Source: Callorhinchus milii
Taxonomy: Eukaryota
Length of the DNA: 64,000 nt
Reading direction: 5' to 3'
Assembly: GCF_018977255.1 (NCBI RefSeq)
Contig: NW_024704745.1
Location: 49,352,001-49,416,000, forward strand
Below the pieces are notes generated by a model, which was not told where the DNA came from, searched no databases, and was given only the letters and a program-made list of their open reading frames with translations. The translations under genes and the position numbers were made by a program. Below are positions 51,392 through 61,945 of the stretch, in pieces. Each line of letters opens with the position of its first letter. The first letter of the stretch is position 1.

Positions 51392-51965
51392 ACACAGAGA
51401 AGGAACAGGAAGAGCAACCCACAACATCAAAGCCCCCTCTCACTTATGCTGATGCACTGGGTTTGTTGGGACTTTTGCCTTGATCATGGACTGATGTGAG
51501 GAAGACTTTGGCTGATGTCGAGGGTCAGCTGCTGGCCAAGGTAGTGCAGGTTAAATCATCAGCCAGGCAAAGAACACAAGACTCTTTCTTCCAAGAAATG
51601 AACACTTTGTGATTTTAACTTCTCATGTGAACTTTGAATAATGAAACCCGAGATCTGTTTTAAATGTGACAATGTTTTGATTTTATTTGAGATTGCGAAG
51701 TACGGTTGAATGTTCATCACCCTTACCCATTACCAATGCCCTTAACATTACATCAGTGACCTGAATCACCCGACCTGTTACAGTCACCTCATTTAAGTAG
51801 GTCACTTGAGTGACTGGATTCGTGAAGTTCTGCTATATAACACTTTCAGATACTGCCATATTTAACAGCCAGATAAATAACTATCCTCAGAACTTCATTA
51901 CGTTAAAATTGCAGGCTGTATTTAATGTACACTCTAAGCACATATCAAATACACTGTGTACACTG

Positions 51966-51971
51966 TTTATT
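51966..51971 (-). terminator. Candidate CXorf58 poly(A) signal
   Basis: AATAAA on the minus strand about 130 nt after the stop codon. Confidence 0.5.
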
Positions 51972-52101
51972 GGTTCACAAAACTACCAACCATAAACTAC
52001 TATTCCATAACAGCATTAGATTTGACAATGCAAAACATGGGTTAGCTTGATCTGATGTGGTGCCATTTACAAATCATTACATTTTCAGTTAAAATGTAAT
52101 C

Positions 52102-52272
52102 CTAAAATTCAAATGACAATTCCTGAGTCCAAGCATACAGCTTTTCCACTTCTTTCTCCCACTCTTCATCTGATGCTGTATTAGGAACTGGATACATTTC
52201 ATCAAGTGCAGACGTTGTGACACCTTGAGGATGATCATCTGCTGCTTCATGAGTTGCTTTTATGAATTCCTC
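52102..52272 (-). CDS. CXorf58: CXorf58 orthologue, last coding exon
   Basis: Acceptor tttttcAG, EEFIKATHE...DEEWEKEVEKLYAWTQELSFEF*, 171 bp, phase 0. Confidence 0.8.
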   Translation of the reverse strand, partial: EEFIKATHEAADDHPQGVTTSALDEMYPVPNTASDEEWEKEVEKLYAWTQELSFEF

Positions 52273-53410
52273 CTGAAAAACAAATTGGTGCAAAATAGTA
52301 TTAAGAAGTTTAAAGTGATAGCATCACTGCAGTTCATGACTGTAGTATTGTTGTACGCGCTTATAGCGCGGCTACTCCATGGACCTGGCTTTTATCAGAA
52401 GTGCATTACACCTCTGGTTTACGACACTGCCTGATTGTTTCCTGTGTACAGGAAGCCACCCAGTATTGGCAGCATCCTGGCAATCCCTGAAAATACTGGC
52501 AAGATCTGTTGCTGTTGCCTTGCTGGCTTCCTGCAAGTTACACTCCTGTGCAGGAAGGTGGCTGCTGGAAAATGACAGGAGCAACAGCAGCAACTTGATG
52601 ACTGGCAGCCATTTATATAACACAACCTGTTATAACACAGAATCTGACTGTTTGGAGCAGATGACTGTGCTTAATAGGTACTTCTGTAAAATTATCAAAT
52701 TGAATAAGATAATTCTCCAGGTCTTTAGAATAGTATTTGCTGCTTAGCTCCTCTGGTCAAATTTTCCAAGTTATTGTAATACCAAATAAGTAGCAATAAA
52801 AGAGGAAGAACTTTCATTCTAAAGTACAATCCTGGAGTCCCTCTGGCTTGCTCCCTCCCTCACCTCTTTAATGTCCTTCTCAAGACCTTCCTCTTTGACT
52901 GCACATTCAATCATCTTTCCCCTTCCCACCACCCTCGGCTCCCACCATCAACTAGGGTGCCAAGCAAGGCCTGTCAAGCACCTTGGGACATCCACCCAAC
53001 TTTAATTGTAAATTTGTATTGTATTTGTATAATACTTTTCTTTTCCCATCTGTTATGTAGGTATCTATCATGTCAAGTTAGAAAATACTCAGCATCTGTT
53101 AGGCAATAACACAAAATCACAATAGATACGAATGAAGAAGGCTGCTCGGCAAATTTGATCTCATTCTTTCATAATACCCACCCTAAGGCTTTCAAATAGA
53201 AACACAAATGTTAGCACAGGAGATGGCTATCCACCTCTCCTCTCCCACTTAGATCTGAATATTCTAATCCCATTTTTCTATTCTGCCCCCCAAAACCTTT
53301 TATACTCACAATCAATTAATTGTCCATCTAATTCTCCTTTAAATATCGTAATTGACTTTGGTGCTACATGAAGTGGCCATGTGAACAATCGTACGTAATC
53401 AGGTTTCTAC

Positions 53411-53546
53411 CTTTTTTTTGCAATCCAATCCATAAATCTTTCGCATTTTGTTAAATTTTAGTCGTGCTTTGTGAGAACGACGTTGTGAGCTTCTTGGTGT
53501 CTTTGATTCTTTGCGCAGAGAGACTGAGGTAGCTGGAGATGAAGAC
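53411..53546 (-). CDS. CXorf58: CXorf58 orthologue coding exon
   Basis: (R)SSSPATSVSLRKESKTPRSSQRRSHKARLKFNKMRKIYGLDCKKK, 136 bp, phase 2/0. Confidence 0.8.
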
Positions 53547-53953
53547 CTAGAATTAAACAATGAAACATATTGTTCTATTGAAATCTTTCTGTTCCAAAAT
53601 TGTTGTTTGAGAAACAATTTAAATGCCGTATTGCTACAGTACTGTATATACACTAAGAGTACAAGTTCTATCGTTTACCAATAATGCTGAGAACTGAGCT
53701 GGTTCATAAAATTCTGCAAATTGACCACAAGATGTAATTTTAAACTAAATCACAGATGGTGCTTCCAGAGATGTTTGGAAGTCTCCAGGGCTGCAGAAAT
53801 CACACGCAAGATTTATTTGCTTTTGAAAATCGTTTACAAACACCAGTCTTAAACTAATTTTTTCGATGGCATTAGTCCTCAATAGTGAAAAGTTTTTTAA
53901 TACAGTATATGAAAGTGTACAGATTTTCCAAAGTGAGTTCTTCTTTGAGATAC

Positions 53954-54183
53954 CTGATCTGAGAGAGAACTTTAATATGTTGAAGCTGTATATCTTGAGA
54001 AGTCGGCAAGGAAAGTAGAACTGGTAATTCTTCCTTCAAACGTGGAGATAAAATTCTGCTTTGAGCATATTCTACAACATCAAACAGAAGGTTTGTCCTG
54101 GGCAAGTTGTCCATGGACAATATCCTCCAGTTGTTGTCTTTGCCTCCAAGATGGGCTGGAGTCTCATCCAGATAACTTAGGTA
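53954..54183 (-). CDS. CXorf58: CXorf58 orthologue coding exon
   Basis: YLSYLDETPAHLGGKDNNWRILSMDNLPRT...HIKVLSQI(R), 230 bp, phase 0/2. Confidence 0.82.
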
Positions 54184-55055
54184 CTGGACAACAACAGAAA
54201 CAAGTAACAAACCAATAGTGTAAGCAATTTATATCCCATGGTCAACGTTTATACTACCAATTTACTCGTCTACAGATTGCTTGTTTTCTTTCTGCTATAG
54301 TACATTGCCACAGAGGCTCAAAGCCCTCAAATACTTTCTCTAATGGTTATTGTTAATGTTTGAGTCTTGATGGAGAGTGTTGGAGAGAGTATTCCTCTAC
54401 TGGGGTATTAACCTTGGCCAATGTCCACACACAGCGTTTCAGACAGCAGTGAGGTAGGCACTGTTTCTGAATTTCCCATCATTAACCCACTGAGTCGAAT
54501 TATAACACACTTCTCCAACTGCTGCTTAGTCGGCGCCAAATATTGATTTAAACTGCAACCTATTGGTCTGAATAGTTGCGTGCTGCCCCAACAGTGACCT
54601 TTACCCATTAGTGGGCTGAAATGTTCTGGTTGGTATTACTGGCCATAGTAGCATCAAGGATGTCAGCTGCTGATGCGATTTGCCCATTACAGTTGTATAA
54701 CCATTGTCACTGCATATAACGGCAAGCAGAATTTCAGCCCTTATATTTTGCTAAAATTTACAGAAACTTTGAAAGAACTGGTAAATATTACTTTCAGTTA
54801 ACTTGTCTCAATACAATAACTTGTTTTTGAACATACACAAATATAGGAGTTGGAAGATATATACAATGAAAACATTTCCCATTCAATTACTGCTAATAAT
54901 TTTTATATAATTGTATTTTTTGCTTCCAAAATATACAGGTAATCCACTTTACAATATACTCTGTGAAGCAGTTTGAGACGTCTTAATGACGTGATAAGGA
55001 TCTATATCAAATGCACGGATTTATTATTAATAAATTGTAGTACCAGTGTTTGTAC

Positions 55056-55187
55056 CTGCATGTAATCTTTCAGTGTGATAATATCAACTTCATCTGTTAT
55101 TTGGGATCTTTGAAACTGAAGCTCATCGTCTATTAACAGATCATAGAACTTCCTATGTCCCATAAGTTTGCAGGAATCTGCCGCTGC
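55056..55187 (-). CDS. CXorf58: CXorf58 orthologue coding exon
   Basis: AAADSCKLMGHRKFYDLLIDDELQFQRSQITDEVDIITLKDYMQ, 132 bp, AAG acceptor, GTACAA donor. Confidence 0.78.
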
Positions 55188-55877
55188 CTTGTAAAAAAGA
55201 ATTCAGAGCATTTATAATCCTTTTACAATAATATAAAATAAGGTGTGATGCACATTGAGAAATCCCATAAATAGCCAACCTTGAGATGTTTCAACATCAT
55301 AAGACGCTACACCAAGTATTGTATAAGCATTCTTCCTATATTAATGATGCATTTTATAAATCGATGGTGATTAAGGATGCTACCCTGCAGGAGGGCACTG
55401 TATAAATACAAGTTGTTGTTGTTGATGCAATAGCAATGCATTTAATGCTGAATGGATTTTTTATGTGTATAATGATAAAGACAAAACAAGTGTACTTACA
55501 TTGGCCCATCCCTTCCTCCAAAACAACACTGGTTTCTAATTTCCAGTGATTCATAAAATGAGTCACTGATATGATAATAATGTTTCCATTTGATGTAGCA
55601 CCTTATGAGGCTTGAAACATCTCAAGGCACTTTTGAGTTTTTCCAGACTGAATCACAAGTAGGGAATCATCCCAGCAACTAAACATACAATAAATTCCTG
55701 ACACCGTGACTCTGGCTTAACTTGTCACTACCACTTAAGTCAATCTTACAACCCGCAGACTGAGGAGATTTTCTTCCAGCCTGGGCTTTTCTCAGTGACA
55801 TGACGTTACATTGGTGTGGGAACAAAGGGCAGCTGGTGTAAAAGCACCATAATTTCTTCACAAGCAAAATCAGTTAC

Positions 55878-55989
55878 CTCAGTTGCAGGCTTGATCAGCC
55901 CTTTTCCACTGAAGTATTGGGTTTTATAGTTCATGTTGTGCTGAAAAATCTTAAACACAAGAATCGGAGGAAAGTTTTCTCCAGCAAAT
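55878..55989 (-). CDS. CXorf58: CXorf58 orthologue coding exon
   Basis: (R)FAGENFPPILVFKIFQHNMNYKTQYFSGKGLIKPATE, 112 bp. The RF.G..FPP...FKIF motif is typical of the CXorf58/C11orf65 family. Confidence 0.82.
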
Positions 55990-57150
55990 CTAGGGAAAAC
56001 AGGAAAGAAACATTCCTGTATAAGGGTATGTTGTGCAAAGCTACTAGTAACGTTTTCAGAGCTTAGGTACACACCTACACACAGGACTATATATCATATA
56101 ATTACTTACAAATAAAAGCAGGTCTTTCAAAACGTTCTAAAAATAGACAACTTAAATTCCACTTGTGCGAATCTGTCGAGAGAAGCAGTCATTTGGATTC
56201 AACACGTGGCATACAGTATTCAGATGGACATCACTCTTAAAAATAAACCCAGCTCATTATGTGGGTTGGCAATTCGCATCACTCTTGTGAATTGTTTGCC
56301 AACAAAATGGAGTCAATTAATTTTACAGTATATCTTGTGAAGCGCTTTGGATGTCCTCCTGATGTGAAAGGCGCTATACCAAATGTAAGGATTAATATTT
56401 TTATAATTCCATTTTTAAACACTCTTTTCAAAATCAGAATATGTACACTTCTTGAGACATTTTATTTTTTAGAAAAAAAGATGGGAGGGTACACAGATGG
56501 AAATTAATTTAGAAGTTAAGCCATCAATTACAATACAGATGAAAGAAAGAATAATATGGAATCATGCATATAACTTTGGTGGAAGACCGTACAATAACTT
56601 TAAAAAATTGCACAGTGCAAATTTCTGTCAATCTGTTGAATAAGAAAATTGAAAAACAAAGCAATGACTAATGGAACAGCAATGCCAAAAAATATACTGC
56701 AAATCATAGAGTGGAGCAGAAGTTTCAAGGTTATGAATAATTTGACAGATGAAAGATTTAAATCCTTTAAATTTAAACCCCTCGTACAGATGGCAGAGTT
56801 TGAATCAGGTTGATGTTAGATTGAAATTGCCTGAAAATCCAGCGACTTGCTTACGGTTATGTAACTGTATAACACTCACATTCTTACATTAAACAAGTCT
56901 CTGTCATAAAAGTACAACGTAATTTATAAAATTGCAATGGCTAGTGTTATGCAGATAAAAAGCAAAAGTTTTTAAAATGCATTTGCCATGAAACAATTCA
57001 AGCTTACCATTAAATAAGTTATCATGGTTCGATGCGAATAACTAACTAAATGCTGTCACATTGCACACTGATGTCTGTAGCATGTCTTATCTCTCTTGCC
57101 TTTTTCTTTAGAGAGCCACTAGAATTATATTGTTAGACTCCACACCTTAC

Positions 57151-57245
57151 CTGAATTTCACTCTGAACTTCATGCTGGAGTCTTTCAGGATTTCATACTC
57201 CGAGGGTTTCAGTTTTCTCAGGATATCGTGTGTCATACTGTGTTC
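57151..57245 (-). CDS. CXorf58: CXorf58 orthologue coding exon
   Basis: EHSMTHDILRKLKPSEYEILKDSSMKFRVKF(R), 95 bp, donor GTAAGG. Confidence 0.8.
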
Positions 57246-57852
57246 CTATAGGGCAGTACTTGTAAAGTTATGTAGCCTTTCGTACAAATACAACAGAATA
57301 ATCAACACGTGGATTTACACTTTCAGAAAAAAACAATTAAAAGATAATTTTAAAATAATTTAAAATAACAATATTTTTAAATAATTTAAAAATAACTTTT
57401 TACTTTTGTTATGGTCTTCTGATACCGGACATAACTTCATCCAGTTAAGTTTTCTGCTCCACAAGGAAGCTAATGATTGTTGATATGAATTGGTCGAATT
57501 CAATTTAAAATCAGGAAGTCATGCCAAATCTCACCGGTGCACTTTGCCAGTTTTTAGCTAGGTTCCTGTGTCCAAATATTGGGCAAACATTAACAGCAGC
57601 ACATAGTTGTATAGAAAGCAGCATAGCCTAGAGATTGCTTCAGGAATCATCAATGCCATTCTTGATTTGGCTACTGGGAGATACAATAGGGATCCTTTGG
57701 TAGTATGTCCCAATAATGCAGATAAGCTCAGGGAAATCTCTGATCTGAAGGTCACTGGACCAATAGCTTTTAAAAACTGACAAGGACACAAAAATTCACA
57801 CACAAGAAAATACAACTTTCCAAACTGCAAATGATTCTGCCTCTACACTTAC

Positions 57853-57952
57853 CGCTGCACAAATTGTGTGCTTGAGCAGTCGAAATAGCTGTTTGTTTCT
57901 GTAGCCACGCCATGTTCTCTGAATAATTTTAGTTGCCAAAAATGAATTGATT
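57853..57952 (-). CDS. CXorf58: CXorf58 orthologue coding exon (IQ-like motif)
   Basis: (K)INSFLATKIIQRTWRGYRNKQLFRLLKHTICAA, 100 bp, donor GTAAGT. Confidence 0.8.
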
Positions 57953-58604
57953 CTAGAAGATATAGAGTGAAGATCATCTAATTACACTATGCCGAATACA
58001 TCACTTAATGTAGCGATGTAAGTGTTAACCTACAAAAACCGCACTATGTTTTACAGTGAATCCTAGGAAGTGCTTTGAGAGATCTTCTCATCATGAAATG
58101 TGCTGTATCAAATACAACAATTATTATAATAAATTCAACATGCATAATTTGCTCAGTAAAAATAAATATCTCAATCGATTTTTCTGCTTCTAGAACTTCA
58201 AAACTACAATTAATTCATTCATCTTTCTATGCTCATGACTTCATTATTTTGTTACAATATACAATACAAGATATCAGCTTGGTTCAGCTGGTAAAAGTGT
58301 TTCCACTTGGTCAGACATTTAGGTGTGTTGAAGTCCAATTTCAGCAACTAATACTGTACAATACAGGGGGAGTGCAATATTGTTGGGAGTTTCTATCCTT
58401 CAACTGAGTCATTAAACCAAAGTCTTGTCTGACTGTTCTTCAAGTGGATTTTAAAGCTCCCATGACACTCTGAAAATAGTATTTCTCCCAATATCCTAGT
58501 CTGTAATCCTCCAGGTCAGTTATTACATGGCTGTTTGTAGGGTTTTCTTTACACAAAACGGCTGTCATGTTTGCCTAAAAAAAGCACTACGTTGTTACTA
58601 CTTT

Positions 58605-58950
58605 GGAGTCCTGTAGCTCAGTGGTTAGAGCACTCGCCACGCAAACAGGAGATATGATTCCTGGCAGAGCAAAATGTTGGGCAAGTTTCCTTACTTTGTT
58701 TACCTAGCAGTAAGTAGGAATCCGGTTATTAGTCAATTGGCGAATCACTTTTCCAGGGGTAATAAATAATTCCTGTTAAAAAAAATTGGTCACTTCAATC
58801 CACGACTGTTTGTGGGACACTGTTGTGTGCAATTGGCTGCCGCTTTTCACCCACAAGTCAAGTTATTTTACAGTATATTCTGTGAAGCGCTTTGAGACGT
58901 CTCGAAGCAGTGATAAGGTGCTATCAAATGCAAGAATTATTATTATTACT
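58605..58950 (+). mobile_element. tRNA-derived SINE (long-body variant)
   Basis: Same head and tail as the 13307 copy, plus an extra internal segment tacctagcagtaagtaggaatccggtt...gaatcacttttccag. Confidence 0.85.
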
Positions 58951-59929
58951 TTTGACAGCAATTACTGTAAAGTGTGTTTTTATGTTGAGACATTATATGA
59001 AATGCAAGTTTTAAGTTTTTCTACTACAAGATTTAAAAAAATATATAATCAGACAAAGCCTCAAGATTCCTGTATTTCTGATCCCAGCAATAGTTGAATC
59101 ACAAAACAAGCCAGCAGTAAAATAAAATATTACTGGTAAACTTTGACTTTAACTATGTAGTAATTACCTATCAAAGACAATTATAAGACCAGTTTAGTTG
59201 CCTCTTATGCCTCTTATTAGGAACTAATACACTCTGGCAGACAGACATGAGGTGGATTAACATTTTATATTCCCAAATTCCAAAACATTATTCTAAGTTC
59301 CCAAGCATAACCAAATCTTTGGGAGAAAGTTGAAAGTTATTATAAACTCATATTACCAACATTCATACAGACCAGTACAATATAAGATGACCTTGCCCAG
59401 AGAATCAATTCTACAGAGCGTCTAAATGAAAAGTAAACTGGCCACATGTGGATTGGGAAACTTTTAAGAATAGTAACTTAATTCTTGATTTTCTCAGAAG
59501 GTGCAAACATAATGGATTTTAAATTTAAAAAACCTGATGGTAACTCAATAAAGTAAGTGAAATGCAAACATATGGAAAGGTAGATCAATAAACAATGAAA
59601 TAGAATGATAGACAACCAAAGGATTGAATAGTGCATATAGAAAAGGAGAATCAGGACATTGTTACCAGTGGAATATACACATGTATTACAGGAATAGGTG
59701 GTAAACAAAGTCACCAAATTATTTAAGAATAAACTTGATGCATACATGACGCCGAAGGGAATTGAGTGATATTATTATCATATAGGAGAAGTGTGAAGTA
59801 TAAAACTGGCACAAAGACTGTTTGAATGGTTTGTTTCTATACTGTAACGTTGTATATCATTCTAAGTAAATAACCTGTTTCCTTATCTCAAGTAAAAATC
59901 AAACAAAAAGCCGAGTATTAATTACTCAC

Positions 59930-60018
59930 TTCTCTTTAGTTTGTAGCAGACGAATTCTCTCTTTTTCCACAAATTGTGAAAGTTCTGCAGAACTCGGTTC
60001 CAATTTGGGCCAGTTCAT
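59930..60018 (-). CDS. CXorf58: CXorf58 orthologue, first coding exon (exon starts at 60025)
   Basis: MNWPKLEPSSAELSQFVEKERIRLLQTKE(K), donor GTGAGT. The eight exons sum to 1065 nt = 354 aa plus stop. Tail-to-tail with KLHL15, as recalled for human Xp22. Confidence 0.7.
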
Positions 60019-60174
60019 TTTAATTCTAAAAGCACAAGCAAGAAGACATCATGTTTGTTTTGTCAGCCCTTGTATTTGATATAGGGCCCAGAGCATCAAA
60101 ATATCTCAGACAAGTAATCTCAGACAAAGTTAACTAGAATTAAAGGTGTTGGAATTAAAACCTACATTTTAGAA

Positions 60175-60507
60175 TTATAATAATTATCCTTGCGTTTGAT
60201 ATAGCACTTTTAGCATATCTTCGAAACGTCACATAAGCGCTTCACAGAATATATTGTAAAGTGTATTGACAGTTTATTTCGTGGCCAAAACATGGCAGCC
60301 AATTGTGCACAGCAGTATCCCACAAACACCTGTGAATTCAGTTAAAAATAATTTTGAAGCGATTATTACCCATGCAAAAGCGATTCACCAATCAACTAGC
60401 AACTGGGATCCTACTTACTGCTAGGTAAGCAGAGGCAAGGGGTATAAGGAAACTTGCCTAAGGTTTTGCCCTGCTCGGGAATCCTCTCCCTTGCGAGGCG
60501 AATGCTG
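60175..60507 (-). mobile_element. tRNA-SINE, long-body variant
   Basis: Reverse complement of the body and tail of the 58605 copy. Confidence 0.8.
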
Positions 60508-60794
60508 AATTATTCACAATTCAGTAGTTAATATATGAAGACGTTTTCGAGTTATCCTCCTGATGAAACCTGGTCATTGTGAGATTCATCAGAAAAATAA
60601 ATTTACAAGAAATATGCATATACACTTTCCCACATTTATGCCATGTTGACTTAAATGATGCAGTGAAAATAACTTAGTACGAAATAACTAGTACGAAATT
60701 ATCAGGTGGTACTTTTCTTTCACATGTTTACTGCTCTGAAACCCTGATGGATTTATATGAGAGGCAGAATACTAACCACATGAGGTAAACTTGC

Positions 60795-61190
60795 GATAAT
60801 AATAATAATCCTTCCATTTGATATAGCTCCTTATCACGTTGGTGAAACATCTCAAAGCACATCACAGAATATACTGTAAAGTGAATTGACTGTATATTTT
60901 GTGTGTAAAACACAGCAGGCAATTTTGCACAGCAGTGTCTCCCACAATTTTTTTTCGGGTGGAGCGGGGGGGCGGGAGGTATTATTACCTTCGGAAAAGT
61001 GATCCGCCAATCGACTAACAACCGGGTTCCTATAATAATACTAATCCTTGCATTTGATATAGCACATTATCACGTCTTCGAGACGTCTCAAAGCGCTTCA
61101 CAGAATATACTGTTTTGTGGACAAAATGCAGCAGTCAATTGCACACAGCAGTGTCCCACAAACAGTCGTGAATTGAAGTGACCCATTTAA
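60795..61190 (-). mobile_element. Two adjacent 5'-truncated SINE copies
   Basis: Two consecutive reverse tails/cores beginning at about 60795 and 61032. Confidence 0.75.
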
Positions 61191-61310
61191 TTTTTTTTAA
61201 ATTTGCAAATTTGGCCGAGAGTTGCTGCATTCACTGCGGTTTGTATAGTGTATTAAAGCCGCTCTTTATTGCCGCAGCCAACACCAACAGCACAGACGGC
61301 TGGTGATTTA

Positions 61311-61833
61311 CCCCCCCCCCCGGGCAGCCCTGACCCCCCCCCCCCCCCCCCCCGGGCAGCCCTGACCCCCCCCCCCACCCCCCGGGCAGCCCTGACCCCC
61401 TCCCCCCCCCCCAGGCAGCCCTGACCCCCCCCCCCCCCCCAGGCAGCCCTGACCCCCCCCCCACCCCCCCGGGCAGCCCTGACCCCCCCCCCCACCCCCC
61501 CGGGCAGCCCTGACCCCCCCCCCCCCCACCCCCGGGCAGCCCTGACCCCCCCCCCCCCCCCCCCGGCAGCCCTGACCCCCCCCCCCCGGGCAGCCCTGAC
61601 CCCCCCCCCCCGGGGAGGCCCTGACCCCCCCCGGGCAGCCCTGACCCCCCCCCGGGCAGCCCTGACCCCCCCCCCCCCGGGCAGCCCTGACCCCCCCCCC
61701 CCCGGGCAGCCCTGACCCCCCCCCCCGGGGAGGCTCTGACCCCCCCCCGGGCAGCCCTGACCCCCCCCCCCCCCCCGGGCAGCCCTGCCCCCACCCCCCG
61801 GGCAGCCCTGACCCCCCCCCCCCGGGAGGCCCT
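61311..61833 (-). repeat. G-rich tandem array, about 20 units of (G)n-TCAGGGCTGCCC
   Basis: Plus strand reads GGGCAGCCCTGA followed by C runs of variable length. Confidence 0.95.
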
Positions 61834-61837
61834 GTAC

Positions 61838-61915
61838 CTGAGTCGAATCCACAGCCGGGCCGCGGGGTCTGGAAAAGCGGCGCAGACCAGAGGGCCTCAG
61901 CCCCACCCAACACCA
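61838..61915 (-). other. CXorf58: Probable non-coding exon 1 of the CXorf58 orthologue; start approximate
   Basis: CpG-rich sequence ending at CTCAG|GTACAG, directly downstream of the X-box pair. Confidence 0.6.
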
Positions 61916-61917
61916 CC

Positions 61918-61945
61918 GTCACCGGGTAACAGTCACCAGAGCAAC
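61918..61945. promoter_or_regulatory. Tandem RFX X-box motifs
   Basis: GTCACC-G-GGTAAC (61918-61930) and GTCACC-AG-AGCAAC (61932-61945) both fit GTNRCC(N0-3)RGYAAC. Confidence 0.7.

Noticed and set aside
52372-52625. Possible extra exon or secreted-peptide ORF in the last CXorf58 intron
   Set aside because: Non-ATG starts. The candidate acceptor near 52565 leads to a stop within about 8 codons in the CXorf58 frame, and there is no supporting homology.
53946-53953. U12-type intron (donor GTATCT)
   Set aside because: Does not match GTATCCTT, and there is no TCCTTAAC branch site at the acceptor.
61231-61906. Gly-rich ORFs (187-217 aa)
   Set aside because: Artefact of the poly-G tandem array in an intron.
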